Source: Halieaceae bacterium (lineage in GTDB: Bacteria; Pseudomonadota; Gammaproteobacteria; Pseudomonadales; Halieaceae). From it: a stretch of DNA of 48,557 nucleotides. Shown piece by piece: positions 32,583 to 43,539 of this stretch (position 1 is the stretch's first letter; each line of letters opens with the position of its first letter). Under the pieces are notes generated by a model. It saw only the letters and a list, made by a program, of their open reading frames with translations. It had not been told where the DNA came from and ran no database searches. The translations under genes were made by a program, and so were the position numbers. The stretch lies in the NCBI GenBank assembly GCA_036351405.1, contig JAZBOZ010000310.1, positions 1 to 48,557 on the forward strand. Direction: 5' to 3'.

Positions 32583-33293
32583 TTGGCAGACATCAGCCCC
32601 AGACAACACATTTCAGCGCAATTCAACGCTGAATTAGAAGCACTCCAGAACGCCTTATTGGAGATGGGAGGCAATGTGGAGCGTCAGATTGAGCTGGCAG
32701 CTGAAGCGTTGTTGCGCTGTGACAGCGGCCTTGCAGAAGAGGCCATAGATCTCGATCGTGATATCAACCGAATGGAGGTCGAGATCGATGAGCAGTGCGT
32801 GCGCATCCTGGCGCGCCGCCAGCCTGCGGCTTCAGACCTCCGCTTGATCATCTCTACTGTCAAAGTCATCACCGATCTTGAGCGTATTGGCGATGAGGCG
32901 TCGAAGGTGGCACGGCAAGCAGTGCGGCTTGCGACCACTGGCGTCGACAACCCCGTCGAAGCGGAGACCCGTCGCATCACACGTCATGTGATACATATGC
33001 TTCGGCAGGTGCTTGATGGCTTTGCTCGGCTGGAAGTCTCCGAGGCGGCACGAGTGATCTTGTCAGATGACGATATCGATGAGGATTACGAGCTTGCGCT
33101 GGGCAAGCTGCAGAGCGCCATGCGTCAGAACCAGCAGGCGATTCCGGTTTACATGCATATTGTCTGGGCCTTACGCAGTCTTGAACGCATCGGCGACCAT
33201 GCGAGCAACATCGCCGAGCAAGTCGTCTATTTGGCGCGTGGTGTCGACGTTCGTCACTCGGGTAGTGAGGGTATTCGCGAGCTGCTGGGCTGA
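32583..33293 (+). CDS. phoU: Phosphate signalling complex protein PhoU
   Basis: HIS.QFN.ELE, ARRQPAASDLR, DLERIGD, SLERIGDHASNIAE. Likely TTG start at 32583, 7 nt after SD AGGAG. Confidence 0.93.
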   Translation: MADISPRQHISAQFNAELEALQNALLEMGGNVERQIELAAEALLRCDSGLAEEAIDLDRDINRMEVEIDEQCVRILARRQPAASDLRLIISTVKVITDLERIGDEASKVARQAVRLATTGVDNPVEAETRRITRHVIHMLRQVLDGFARLEVSEAARVILSDDDIDEDYELALGKLQSAMRQNQQAIPVYMHIVWALRSLERIGDHASNIAEQVVYLARGVDVRHSGSEGIRELLG

Positions 33294-33378
33294 CAGCTTC
33301 TCCGCACCCAGGCACGCCGCGTTGCCGATGACCCGGCGCTAACGCTAACATCCGCGCCTCTCTGTCAGGAATACACTT

Positions 33379-34440
33379 ATGAGCCGTTTTTGGACTGCCC
33401 GCACTGCAGCACTCACCCCTTATGTGCCCGGTGAGCAGCCCGCCACAACCGGTCTTATCAAGCTCAATACCAATGAGCACCCCATGCCGCCTTCGCAGGT
33501 GGCGATCGATGCGATGGCCGCGATCAGCGGTGATGCGCTGCGGCGTTATCCCGACCCGACCTCCCGTAAATTGCGGCTCGCTATCGCTGACAGCGAGAAC
33601 TTGGAATTAGAGCAGGTCTTTGTCGGCAATGGTTCTGACGAGGTGTTGGCGACCGTATTCATGGCGTTGTTGGCTGAGGGGCCGGCACTCACGGTGCCCG
33701 ACATTACCTACAGCTTTTATCCCGTTTGGGCGAAGTTGTATCAAGTGGCGCTGCGAACCATACCCCTGAAGGACGATTTCACACTGGATGTTGAGGCATT
33801 GTGCAAGGCCCCGGGGCCTGTGCTGATTGCCAATCCCAATGCGCCCACTGGCATCGCGCTTAGCCGGGATGAAATACGGCGTATCCTCGAATCTGATCGG
33901 GATCGCCTACTGATCGTTGATGAGGCTTACTTTGGCTTTGGGGCGGAGACAGCAGCACCTCTCATCGACGATTACGACAATTTGCTCATTACACGGACGC
34001 TGTCGAAGTCACACGCGCTCGCGGGCTTGCGGTTGGGGTATGCACTGGGCAACGCCACCCTGATCGAGGGGCTCGTCAGGGTGAAGGACTCGTTCAATAG
34101 TTACCCCGTTGATGTCATCGCAGAGCGGGTCGCAGAGGTGGCGGTCGGTGATAGGGCTTGGCTACAGGAAGCCGGAAGCAAAGTAGCGGCGTGGAGAGAC
34201 GAGCTCCGCGCTGGTCTCGAAGCGCTGGGCTTTGAGGTATTGGCTTCCCGGGCAAACTTCGTGTTCGCACGGCACCCGCAGTACGAGGGCCGGGTACTGT
34301 TTGATGCCCTGAGAGCGAAAAATATTATTGTTCGTCGCTGGGATAAGCCACGGCTGACCCAGTGGCTGCGCATCACCGTAGGCACGCCCGACCAGAATCA
34401 GGCGCTGCTCGACGCACTCAGGCAGCAGTGTCCGGAATAA
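33379..34440 (+). CDS. hisC: Histidinol-phosphate aminotransferase
   Basis: YVPGEQP, IKLNTNE, GNGSDE, NPNAPTG, DEAY, PLP-lysine motif RTLSKSHALAGLRLGY. Confidence 0.9.
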   Translation: MSRFWTARTAALTPYVPGEQPATTGLIKLNTNEHPMPPSQVAIDAMAAISGDALRRYPDPTSRKLRLAIADSENLELEQVFVGNGSDEVLATVFMALLAEGPALTVPDITYSFYPVWAKLYQVALRTIPLKDDFTLDVEALCKAPGPVLIANPNAPTGIALSRDEIRRILESDRDRLLIVDEAYFGFGAETAAPLIDDYDNLLITRTLSKSHALAGLRLGYALGNATLIEGLVRVKDSFNSYPVDVIAERVAEVAVGDRAWLQEAGSKVAAWRDELRAGLEALGFEVLASRANFVFARHPQYEGRVLFDALRAKNIIVRRWDKPRLTQWLRITVGTPDQNQALLDALRQQCPE

Positions 34441-35568
34441 TCAGACGCGGCGAAGCACCACGCTGCCAATGCTGTAGCCTGCACCAAACGAGCTCAGCAC
34501 ACCTAAATCGCCGCTCAACAGATCGTCCCGGAATTTATGGAACGCGATGATAGAGCCGGCAGAGGAGGTGTTGGCGTACTCATCGAGGATGGTCGGTGAT
34601 TCGTCCTTTGACGGATCACGTCCGAGTACCTTTCGGGCAATCAAGTCATTCATGTTACGGTTGGCCTGATGCAGCCAGAGTCGGCTCAGCTCGTCAGGAG
34701 AGATGTTGAGATCGGCGAGCTGCGCTGTAATTTGCTCAGCCACCGCCGGACACACTTCTTTGAAGACTTTGCGTCCTTCCTGCACGAACAGCTTATCGAC
34801 CGCCCCAATGCCCGACTCATCCGCCCGATTGAGAAAGCCGAAGTTATTGCGGATATTGTTGGAAAAAATGGTTTGCAGCCGACTGTCCACAATCTCGTAA
34901 GCGTTTTCGGTGCGCGCTGATTCCTGAGCCTCAATGACCACCGCAGTCGCCACATCACCGAAGATAAAATGCGAGTCCCGATCTCGGAAATTCAGGTGAC
35001 CCGTGCAAATCTCTGGATTCACCATTAACACCCTGCGCGCACTCCCGGAGCGGATGGCGTCTCGCGCCTGCTGGATGCCAAAGGTGGCCGAAGAACAGGC
35101 GACATTCATGTCAAAAGCGAAGCCACGTGCACCCAGCGCTGCCTGTATCTCTACAGCGATGGCGGGATAGGCCCGCTGCATGTTGGAGGCTGCAACGATC
35201 ACCATGTCCAGCTCATCCGCGGTGATATCAGCGTTTTCGAGCGCCTCGCGTGCGGCTGCACAACCAATCTCGCACATGACCGATTGAGACTCATTCGGTC
35301 GCTCGGGGATATGCGGCACCATGCGGTGGGGGTCCAGTATCCCCACTTTGTCCATCACATAACGTGATTTGATACCCGAGGCCTTTTCGATGAACTCTGC
35401 TGAGGAATAGGTTTTAGCTTCAATTTCCCCTTTGCTGATCGCTTCAGCGTTCTCCTGATTGAACAGGTCGACCCAAGCATTGAAAGAAGCCACCAGTTCT
35501 TCATTGGAAATGGTGGCGTCGGGGGTATACAGGCCCGTCCCGGTAATCAAAACGCCGGCGTTGGTCAT
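34441..35568 (-). CDS. Beta-ketoacyl-ACP synthase III, PA3286-like (medium-chain acyl-CoA priming)
   Basis: Catalytic triad DMNVACSSA / WLHQAN / YANTSSA. Stretches [40 protein letters not shown] and [11 protein letters not shown] match my recollection of P. aeruginosa PA3286. Confidence 0.9.
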   Translation of the reverse strand: MTNAGVLITGTGLYTPDATISNEELVASFNAWVDLFNQENAEAISKGEIEAKTYSSAEFIEKASGIKSRYVMDKVGILDPHRMVPHIPERPNESQSVMCEIGCAAAREALENADITADELDMVIVAASNMQRAYPAIAVEIQAALGARGFAFDMNVACSSATFGIQQARDAIRSGSARRVLMVNPEICTGHLNFRDRDSHFIFGDVATAVVIEAQESARTENAYEIVDSRLQTIFSNNIRNNFGFLNRADESGIGAVDKLFVQEGRKVFKEVCPAVAEQITAQLADLNISPDELSRLWLHQANRNMNDLIARKVLGRDPSKDESPTILDEYANTSSAGSIIAFHKFRDDLLSGDLGVLSSFGAGYSIGSVVLRRV

Positions 35569-35601
35569 ACGATTGCGTCCTCGGATACGTACTGCGTGCT
35601 A

Positions 35602-36897
35602 TCAGCGCTGATCGAGCGGCGTGAAATCCCGCTGCGTGTAGCCGGTGTAGAGCTGGCGAGGGCGGCCGATGCGGTAGCTGCCCGACACCATCTCCTTCCA
35701 GTGCGCAATCCATCCCACCGTGCGGCCGACAGCGAAGATCACAGTAAACATCGTGGTAGGAATGCCGAGTGCCTTGAGAATGATGCCCGAGTAGAAATCG
35801 ACGTTCGGATACAGTTTCTTCTCGATGAAGTACTCATCCTGTAGCGCGATTTCCTCGAGTCGCTTGGCAATCTCTAGCATTTCGTCCTCAATGCCGAGCT
35901 CCGCCAACACCTCGTCTGCAGCCTCCTTCATCACCTTGGCGCGCGGGTCAAAGTTTTTGTAAACCCGGTGGCCAAAGCCCATCAAACGGAAGGGGTCATC
36001 TTTGTCCTTGGCGCGGGCGACGAATTCGTCAATGCGATCGACCGAGCCAATTTCTTCGAGCATGTTAACGACCGCCTCGTTAGCGCCGCCATGCGAAGGC
36101 CCCCACAGTGCTGCGATGCCCGCTGCGATACAGGCAAAGGGGTTGGCCTGAGAGGACCCGGCTAAGCGTACCGTCGAGGTTGATGCATTCTGCTCGTGAT
36201 CCGCGTGCAGCATGAAAATACGATCCATGGCGCGGGCAATTGTCGGGGAAATATTGCTCGGCTCGCAGGGGTTACCAAACATCATGTGCAGGAAATTGGC
36301 CGCGTAGTCGAGCGAGTTGTCCGGGTACATGAAAGGCTGCCCGATGGAGAACTTGTAGCTCATCGCAGCGATGGTTGGCATCTTGGCGATCAGCCGGAAG
36401 GCTGCGATGTCGCGGTGCATCGGGTCTGAGATATCGGTGGAGTCGTGGTAGAAGGCAGACAGTGCACCAACCACGCCACACATGATAGCCATTGGATGAG
36501 CATCTCTACGGAAGCCATTGAAAAAAGTACGAATTTGCTCGTGCACCATGGTGTGGTTGGTGACGGTAGAAACAAATTCTTCTTTCTGTGCTGCGTTGGG
36601 TAATTCTCCGTTCAACAGGAGATAACACATCTCCAGATAATCGGATTCCTTGGCCAATTGCTCGATCGGGTAGCCGCGGTGCAGCAGCACGCCTTTACCG
36701 CCGTCAATAAACGTAATTTCAGATTCGCAAGAAGCGGTTGATACAAACCCTGGGTCGTAGGTGAAGTAGCCATTGCCGGTCAGGGCGCCGATATTGATGA
36801 CATCGGGACCGAGCGTGCCCTCCAGTACGGGCAGTTCGATGGTGTCGGAAGTGCCGTCGCCCTTGTCAATCGTCAGCGTTGCTTTCTTGTTGGTCAT
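35602..36897 (-). CDS. gltA: Citrate synthase (type II)
   Basis: [52 protein letters not shown]. Confidence 0.97.
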   Translation of the reverse strand: MTNKKATLTIDKGDGTSDTIELPVLEGTLGPDVINIGALTGNGYFTYDPGFVSTASCESEITFIDGGKGVLLHRGYPIEQLAKESDYLEMCYLLLNGELPNAAQKEEFVSTVTNHTMVHEQIRTFFNGFRRDAHPMAIMCGVVGALSAFYHDSTDISDPMHRDIAAFRLIAKMPTIAAMSYKFSIGQPFMYPDNSLDYAANFLHMMFGNPCEPSNISPTIARAMDRIFMLHADHEQNASTSTVRLAGSSQANPFACIAAGIAALWGPSHGGANEAVVNMLEEIGSVDRIDEFVARAKDKDDPFRLMGFGHRVYKNFDPRAKVMKEAADEVLAELGIEDEMLEIAKRLEEIALQDEYFIEKKLYPNVDFYSGIILKALGIPTTMFTVIFAVGRTVGWIAHWKEMVSGSYRIGRPRQLYTGYTQRDFTPLDQR

Positions 36898-36934
36898 GAA
36901 AACGTCCTGGAGTGCCTGTGGTTAAGGGAGCGCC

Positions 36935-36963
36935 AAACTAGCGGCAGGGATGGTCCATGTCAA
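36935..36963 (-). promoter_or_regulatory. sigma70 promoter for gltA
   Basis: Minus strand TTGACA-17 nt-TAGTTT (perfect -35). Confidence 0.7.
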
Positions 36964-37017
36964 TTTTTCACAAACCAGCTTGGGGTGAGGCTCTGCGCGA
37001 GTCCGACGATCGTCAAA

Positions 37018-37046
37018 TTGTAATCGATCTGGGCTCCACCTATACT
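37018..37046 (+). promoter_or_regulatory. sigma70 promoter for sdhCDAB
   Basis: TTGTAA-17 nt-TATACT. Confidence 0.7.
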
Positions 37047-37103
37047 CCGCGCCGATTCTTGAGAGCCTCTTTGACCAACAGCAGTGCAGCGGAGAATTCG
37101 CCA

Positions 37104-37493
37104 GTGAAGCCAATCGCCAGTAAGGACGGAAGGCCGGTCAACCTAGACATCGGCACCATGAAACTACCCATCACCGCATGGGCGTCCATTAGCCACCGAA
37201 TCAGCGGTGTCATCCTCTTTTTTGCCAGCGTTCTCATGGTGTGGGCGCTGGATATGAGCCTCGAGTCCGAGGCCAGCTTCCGCGAGCTGGGAGCGCTCTT
37301 GACATCACCCATCGCTAAGTTCGTGACGTGGTGTATCGCTATGGCGATCAGTTACCACACGCTGGCGGGCATCAAGCACTTAATCGCAGACATGGGTTAC
37401 GGCGAAGAGCTTGATGAGGGTGTTCTGATGGCGCGTCTGGTCTTCGCCTTGACCGCAGTAGCCGCTGTAGCATGGGGGATCGTCATATGGTGA
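37104..37493 (+). CDS. sdhC: Succinate dehydrogenase cytochrome b556 subunit
   Basis: RPVNLD, ASISHRISGV, YHTLAGIKHLIADMG. Likely GTG start at 37104 after GGAG. Confidence 0.93.
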   Translation: MKPIASKDGRPVNLDIGTMKLPITAWASISHRISGVILFFASVLMVWALDMSLESEASFRELGALLTSPIAKFVTWCIAMAISYHTLAGIKHLIADMGYGEELDEGVLMARLVFALTAVAAVAWGIVIW

Positions 37494-37852
37494 CTTCAGT
37501 AACAAGTTTTAGCCGCAACGGACTTTCAGACTGGCTGGTACAGCGGGTCACATCCCTGGTGCTCCTTGCCTATTTTGCCTTTATCGCGCTTCAACTGCTG
37601 GGCGGCGACGGAATTGACTATAGTGCGTGGCGAGCGCTGCATGAGACGACAGCGATGCGTGTCTTCACGCTGCTGGCGGTGTTGTCACTGGCTGCGCATG
37701 CGTGGATTGGGTTGTGGGCGGTTTTTACCGACTACCTGACTGAGCGCATGCTTGGCCCAGTCGGTAACCCGATTCGTCTGCTGTGTCAGCTGGGCACCGT
37801 GCTGACGCTGGTTGTATTGGTACTTTGGGTTGTCGAGATCCTCTGGCGCTGA
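37487..37852 (+). CDS. sdhD: Succinate dehydrogenase hydrophobic anchor subunit
   Basis: [33 protein letters not shown]. Confidence 0.93.
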   Translation: MVTSVTSFSRNGLSDWLVQRVTSLVLLAYFAFIALQLLGGDGIDYSAWRALHETTAMRVFTLLAVLSLAAHAWIGLWAVFTDYLTERMLGPVGNPIRLLCQLGTVLTLVVLVLWVVEILWR

Positions 37853-37892
37853 GGCGTGCCGCGGAAACCCGATCATCAGACTGGAGAAACAA

Positions 37893-39656
37893 ATGCGAAC
37901 CATATCCTTTGATGGCGTGATCGTAGGCGGAGGTGGCGCAGGCATGCGTGCCGCATTGCAGCTCGCCCAGTCCGGCTACAAGACTGCAGTGATTTCGAAG
38001 GTGTTCCCGACGCGCTCACACACCGTGTCAGCCCAAGGTGGCATCACCTGTGCGATCGCCAGCTCGGATCCCAATGATGATTGGCGCTGGCACATGTACG
38101 ACACCGTAAAAGGGTCCGATTACATCGGCGATCAAGACGCTATCGAGTACATGTGCTCTGTGGGCCCGGAGGCCATCTTTGAGCTGGAGCATATGGGTCT
38201 GCCGTTCTCGAGAACGGAAGAAGGTCGTATCTACCAGCGTCCCTTCGGTGGCCAGTCCAAGAATTTTGGTGAAGGCGGCCAGGCTGCCCGCACCTGTGCG
38301 GCAGCAGACCGTACTGGGCACGCGCTCCTGCACACGCTCTATCAGAACAACGTGAAGAACCAGACCGTGTTCTTCAACGAGTGGTTCGCCGTCGATCTGG
38401 TGCAGAATCAGGATGGTGCAGTGGTCGGCGTGATCGCCATTTCCATCGAGACCGGCGAGACCGTCTACGTCAAATCAAAGGCCACGGTCTTTGCTACAGG
38501 CGGCGCCGGGCGCATCTACGCCTCAACCACCAATGCCCACATCAACACGGGCGACGGTATCGGCATGGCGCTGCGCGCTGGCGCACCGGTTCAAGACATG
38601 GAGATGTGGCAGTTCCATCCCACCGGTATCTACGGTGCCGGTACGCTGGTGACTGAGGGCTGTCGTGGAGAGGGCGGTTATCTCATCAATAAAGATGGTG
38701 AGCGCTTCATGGAGCGATATGCACCCAACGCCAAAGATCTCGCAGGCCGTGACGTTGTCGCGCGCTCAATGGTTCTGGAAATTCTCGAAGGTCGGGGCTG
38801 TGGTGAGAATGGCGATCACGTCATGCTTAAGCTCGACCATCTGGGTGAAGAGGTTCTCAATGCGCGTCTGCCTGGCATTCTCGAACTGAGCCGAACCTTT
38901 GCCCACGCAGACCCGGTGAAAGAGCCGATCCCTGTGGTACCCACCTGTCACTACATGATGGGAGGAATTCCGACCAACGTCCATGGTCAGGCGCTGACTG
39001 TTGACGCGAACGGTAACGACCAGGTCATTCCCGGCCTATACGCGTGTGGTGAAGTAGCCTGTGTCTCCGTTCATGGCGCCAACCGTTTGGGCGGTAATTC
39101 ACTGCTTGACCTCGTCGTGTTTGGCCGCGCCTCTGGCTTGTTCATTGAGAGCGCGCTGCGCGAGGGCATTGAAATGCGGGAAGCCTCAACGAGCGACATC
39201 GAGAAAGCAAACGCCGGCTTGACCGCGCTCAACGAGCGGAAGAGCGGCGAGTCGGTTTCAGCGCTTCGTAAAGAGCTACAGAACATCATGCAGAACCACT
39301 TCGGCGTGTTCCGCAAAGGCGATTACATGCAGGAAGGCATCAAGAAGTTGGCCGATCTGCGCGAGCGCGTTGAAAACGTGCATTTGGAAGACAAGAGCCA
39401 GTCTTTCAACACCGCGCGAATCGAGTGCCTCGAACTGCAGAACCTGTTTGAAGTGGCAGAGGCGACCGCTATTGTTGCGGAGGCGAGGAATGAGAGCCGC
39501 GGTGCGCACGCCCGCGAGGATTTCACCGAGCGTGACGATGAGAACTGGCTTTGCCATTCGATTTACCACCGTGATGGCAAGCGCGTGTCCAAGCGAGGCG
39601 TGAACTTTAAGCCGCGCACGATGGACGCATTCCAACCCAAAATTCGCACCTACTGA
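37893..39656 (+). CDS. sdhA: Succinate dehydrogenase flavoprotein subunit
   Basis: GGGGAG FAD motif, covalent-FAD His motif [35 protein letters not shown]. Start is ATG 37893 after GGAG. Confidence 0.97.
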   Translation: MRTISFDGVIVGGGGAGMRAALQLAQSGYKTAVISKVFPTRSHTVSAQGGITCAIASSDPNDDWRWHMYDTVKGSDYIGDQDAIEYMCSVGPEAIFELEHMGLPFSRTEEGRIYQRPFGGQSKNFGEGGQAARTCAAADRTGHALLHTLYQNNVKNQTVFFNEWFAVDLVQNQDGAVVGVIAISIETGETVYVKSKATVFATGGAGRIYASTTNAHINTGDGIGMALRAGAPVQDMEMWQFHPTGIYGAGTLVTEGCRGEGGYLINKDGERFMERYAPNAKDLAGRDVVARSMVLEILEGRGCGENGDHVMLKLDHLGEEVLNARLPGILELSRTFAHADPVKEPIPVVPTCHYMMGGIPTNVHGQALTVDANGNDQVIPGLYACGEVACVSVHGANRLGGNSLLDLVVFGRASGLFIESALREGIEMREASTSDIEKANAGLTALNERKSGESVSALRKELQNIMQNHFGVFRKGDYMQEGIKKLADLRERVENVHLEDKSQSFNTARIECLELQNLFEVAEATAIVAEARNESRGAHAREDFTERDDENWLCHSIYHRDGKRVSKRGVNFKPRTMDAFQPKIRTY

Positions 39657-39677
39657 TTCGGACCAGGAGCAGAAAAC

Positions 39678-40385
39678 ATGTTGCAGGTCAGCATCTATCG
39701 CTACAACCCCGAGGTGGACCAGGCGCCTCATATGCAGGACTTTGAAGTCGAGACTGGCGGCAAGGATCTGATGGTTTTGGACGTCCTGGAGATGATCAAG
39801 GCGCAGACGGACAGCAGCGTCACCTACCGACGCAGCTGCCGCGAAGGCGTTTGCGGCTCCGACGGTCTCAACATCAACGGCAAGAACGGTCTTGCTTGTA
39901 TTACACCGCTGTCTGAAGTAGTCAAAGGTAATAAGCTCGTGATTCGCCCACTGCCAGGACTGCCCGTAATTCGCGACCTCGTGGTCGATATGAGCTTGTT
40001 CTACGCTCAGTACGAGAAAATCCAGCCGTATTTGCAAAACAATACGCCGGCACCGGCCATTGAGCGGCTCCAGACACCGGAAGATCGCGCCAAGTTGGAT
40101 GGACTTTACGAGTGCATCCTCTGCGCTTGCTGCTCGACTTCTTGCCCCTCGTTCTGGTGGAACCCAGACCGGTTCATTGGCCCTGCCGGGTTGTTACAGG
40201 CTTATCGCTTCTTGGCCGATAGCCGGGACACCGCAACCGATGACCGCCTTGACCATCTGGATGATCCGTTTAGCGTATTTCGGTGCCATGGCATTCAGAA
40301 CTGCGTGAACGTCTGCCCCAAGGGATTGAACCCAACCAAGGCCATTGGTCACATCCGCACGATGTTGCTCAACCGCGGCACCTAA
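39678..40385 (+). CDS. sdhB: Succinate dehydrogenase iron-sulfur subunit
   Basis: RSCREGVCGSDG, ECILCACCSTSCPS, RCHGIQNCVNVCPKGL. Confidence 0.97.
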   Translation: MLQVSIYRYNPEVDQAPHMQDFEVETGGKDLMVLDVLEMIKAQTDSSVTYRRSCREGVCGSDGLNINGKNGLACITPLSEVVKGNKLVIRPLPGLPVIRDLVVDMSLFYAQYEKIQPYLQNNTPAPAIERLQTPEDRAKLDGLYECILCACCSTSCPSFWWNPDRFIGPAGLLQAYRFLADSRDTATDDRLDHLDDPFSVFRCHGIQNCVNVCPKGLNPTKAIGHIRTMLLNRGT

Positions 40386-40406
40386 GGCGCGGTAACGACG
40401 TAAACG

Positions 40407-40436
40407 ACAAAGGGGGCGATCACGCCCCTTTTTTGT
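40407..40436 (+). terminator. Rho-independent terminator after sdhB
   Basis: AAAGGGGGCG-atca-CGCCCCTTTTTT: GC stem followed by a U-tract. Confidence 0.85.
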
Positions 40437-40645
40437 GCATGCTGTCATCACATTCTTTTGAAGACTATATAAAAGTCTCAAAAGTTATGTTGTGAACTAT
40501 CCCCTTAAATTTTCAAGTAAAAATCGCCAATTTCGGTCGCTGCGGACTGTCAGTCAGTCGCATGAGCAATTAGACTGAGAACGTTTCGCGAATACCATCC
40601 GTCGCGACCGCGCACCGACAACACCATAAAAATGGGGAGGTTGAC

Positions 40646-43513
40646 ATGACCGAAGCCCGAACGATTCCCGGCATGCTCGAGCAATGGAGCACGTCTCACA
40701 TTGCGGGTGGCAATGCGCCCTACGTCGAAGCGCTTTATGAGGCTTACCTCACAGAACCCAACAGCGTCCCGCCAGAGTGGCGCGAGTACTTCGACAAGCT
40801 CCCCAAGGTCGACACTGACGCCGTCAATCTCCATGACGTGCCTCATTCTGTCGTCCGCGATCAGTTTGCACGCATTTCTAAGATGCGAGTGCGGACTGAG
40901 GCGACAGTCGCCCACGATTCACAGGCCACCGAACACGAGCGCAAGCAGGTTCGGGTGCTACAGCTCATCGGCGCCTATCGCCAACGAGGGCATCAGCGCG
41001 CGCAACTCGACCCATTGGGTCTGGTAGAGCGCGAACCAGTGCCGGATCTCGAGCTGGGTTTTCATCAGCTGTCAGAGGCAGACCTCGATACCGTGTTCCA
41101 AGTTGGCAGCCTGTATATTGGTACCGCCGACGCAACCTTGCGAGAAATCCGCGACGGCTTGGAGCGCACCTACTGCCATACGGTGGGTGCCGAGTTCATG
41201 CATATCGTGGATACCGAGCAGCGGCACTGGATCATGAGCCGCATGGAATCCGTACGCTCAGCACCCGAGTTCAGCCGTGAACAGCGGTTGGAAATTCTCC
41301 AGAGCCTTGTTAAGGCCGACGGACTCGAAAAATCGCTGGGATCTAAATACCCCGGCACCAAACGTTTTGGTCTGGAGGGTGGTGAGAGCCTGATCCCCAT
41401 GATGTCCGAGGCGATCCAGCGCAGCGGCGGCTACGGCGCCAAGGAAATCGTAATTGGCATGGCTCACCGCGGCCGTCTCAACATGCTGGTCAACATTCTG
41501 GGCAAAAACCCCACCGAACTCTTCGATGAGTTTGAGGGCAAGGTCGAGTACTCAGGTTCGGGGGACGTAAAGTACCATCAAGGATTCTCCTCTAACGTGA
41601 TGACGCCCGGCGGTGAGGTGCACTTGGCGCTGGCCTTCAACCCGTCGCACCTGGAGATCGTATCTCCAGTGGTTGAAGGCTCGGTACGCGCTCGTCAGGA
41701 TCGCCGCCAAGACCCGGTGGGTGACACAGTTGTGCCGATTGTGATCCACGGCGACGCGGCTTTTGCGGGGCAGGGTGTGGTGATGGAAACCTTCCAGATG
41801 TCCCAGACCCGCGCCTACAAAACCGGCGGTACGCTGCACATCGTGATCAATAACCAGGTGGGTTTCACCACAAGCCGCCAGGACGACGCACGATCGACTG
41901 AATACTGCACCGATGTCGCGAAGATGGTGCAAGCACCGATCTTCCACGTAAATGGCGACGACCCGGAAGCCGTCGTTTTCGTCACGCAGTTAGCTGTTGA
42001 TTTCCGAAACACCTTCAAGCGCGATGTCGTGATCGATTTGGTCTGCTATCGCCGTCGTGGCCATAACGAGGCTGATGAGCCGTCAGTCACGCAACCTCGC
42101 ATGTATCAGGCCATCAAAACACATCCGCCAACACGAGATCTCTATGCACGTCGCCTGGTCGAAGCCGGCCTGCTGACCACGGAGGAAGACGAGGCACTGA
42201 TGGAGCGTTACCGTGGATCTCTGGATCGCGGAGAGCCTCTCGTGAGTTCATTGGTCATGGAGCCCAACAAGTCGCTCTTTGTCGATTGGACACCATACCT
42301 CGGGCACACCTGGACTGCAGACTGTGATACCTCGGCGCCACTCAGCAGGCTCAAAACCCTGTCTGAAAAGATGAGCGCGACCCCCGAGGGCTTTACCGCG
42401 CAACGTCAGGTTAAAAAACTGCTCGAGGACCGCCGCAAGATGGGTGCCGGTGCCATGGCGATCAACTGGGGCTTCGCCGAAACCATGGCCTACGCCACGC
42501 TATTGACCGAGGGTTATCCTGTTCGGATCACTGGCCAAGACGTGGGTCGCGGTACCTTCTCTCACCGTCATGCGGTTTTGCATAACCAAAAAGAAGAGGG
42601 CTGCTGGATTCCTCTGCAGCATCTGGAAGAGGGGCAGGCGGAATTCAAGATCTATGATTCGCTGCTGTCCGAAGAGGCGGTTCTCGCTTTTGAATACGGC
42701 TACGCCACAACCTCTCCCAACACTTTGGTGATCTGGGAAGCGCAATTCGGCGACTTCGCCAATGGCGCGCAAGTGGTGATCGATCAGTTCATCACCAGTG
42801 GTGAGTACAAGTGGTCACGTCTGTGTGGTCTGACCATGCTCCTGCCGCATGGTTATGAAGGTCAGGGACCGGAGCACTCATCGGCACGACTCGAGCGCTA
42901 CCTGCAGCTTTGTGCGGAACACAATATCCAAGTGTGCATGCCCACGACCCCCGCGCAGGTCTACCACATGCTCCGCCGGCAGGCGATTCGCCCGCTGCGC
43001 AAGCCGCTAGTGGTGATGTCACCCAAGAGCTTGCTTCGTCACAAAGAGGCGACATCCACACTGGAAGAAATGGCTGACGGCAAGTTCGAAACCGTTCTGG
43101 ATGAAACCGATAACCTCGATCCGGGTAAGGTACGCCGCATCATCCTCTGCTCGGGCAAGGTTTTCTATGACTTGCGAGCAGCGCGGCGCGAGCGCGAGAT
43201 CGACGACATCGCTTTGATTCGTATCGAGCAACTGTATCCCTTCCCACAGCAGGACTTGGAGGAAGTGATCGCAAAATACACGGCGATTGAAGATGCCGTG
43301 TGGTGTCAGGAGGAGCCCATGAATCAGGGAGCCTGGTACGCCAGTCAGCACCATATGCGCCGTGTCATTCAGCGGCACAAAGTAGACGTTTACCTGCGCT
43401 ACACCGGACGTGAAGCCTCCGCTTCTGTATCTGCCGGTTACACAGCGCTGCACGTTAAAGAGCAAGAACAATTCATCAACGAAGCACTGGGGCCGATGCC
43501 CTGGGGTAATTGA
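40646..43513 (+). CDS. sucA: 2-oxoglutarate dehydrogenase E1
   Basis: [30 protein letters not shown] motif [10 protein letters not shown]...[25 protein letters not shown]. Confidence 0.97.
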   Translation: MTEARTIPGMLEQWSTSHIAGGNAPYVEALYEAYLTEPNSVPPEWREYFDKLPKVDTDAVNLHDVPHSVVRDQFARISKMRVRTEATVAHDSQATEHERKQVRVLQLIGAYRQRGHQRAQLDPLGLVEREPVPDLELGFHQLSEADLDTVFQVGSLYIGTADATLREIRDGLERTYCHTVGAEFMHIVDTEQRHWIMSRMESVRSAPEFSREQRLEILQSLVKADGLEKSLGSKYPGTKRFGLEGGESLIPMMSEAIQRSGGYGAKEIVIGMAHRGRLNMLVNILGKNPTELFDEFEGKVEYSGSGDVKYHQGFSSNVMTPGGEVHLALAFNPSHLEIVSPVVEGSVRARQDRRQDPVGDTVVPIVIHGDAAFAGQGVVMETFQMSQTRAYKTGGTLHIVINNQVGFTTSRQDDARSTEYCTDVAKMVQAPIFHVNGDDPEAVVFVTQLAVDFRNTFKRDVVIDLVCYRRRGHNEADEPSVTQPRMYQAIKTHPPTRDLYARRLVEAGLLTTEEDEALMERYRGSLDRGEPLVSSLVMEPNKSLFVDWTPYLGHTWTADCDTSAPLSRLKTLSEKMSATPEGFTAQRQVKKLLEDRRKMGAGAMAINWGFAETMAYATLLTEGYPVRITGQDVGRGTFSHRHAVLHNQKEEGCWIPLQHLEEGQAEFKIYDSLLSEEAVLAFEYGYATTSPNTLVIWEAQFGDFANGAQVVIDQFITSGEYKWSRLCGLTMLLPHGYEGQGPEHSSARLERYLQLCAEHNIQVCMPTTPAQVYHMLRRQAIRPLRKPLVVMSPKSLLRHKEATSTLEEMADGKFETVLDETDNLDPGKVRRIILCSGKVFYDLRAARREREIDDIALIRIEQLYPFPQQDLEEVIAKYTAIEDAVWCQEEPMNQGAWYASQHHMRRVIQRHKVDVYLRYTGREASASVSAGYTALHVKEQEQFINEALGPMPWGN

Positions 43514-43539
43514 GACTCGACAGAGACAGGACACTAACA

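Noticed and set aside
40442-40448. Perfect Pho half-site CTGTCAT upstream of sucA
   Set aside because: There is no partner repeat 11 bp upstream or downstream, and a single half-site is not evidence of PhoB control.
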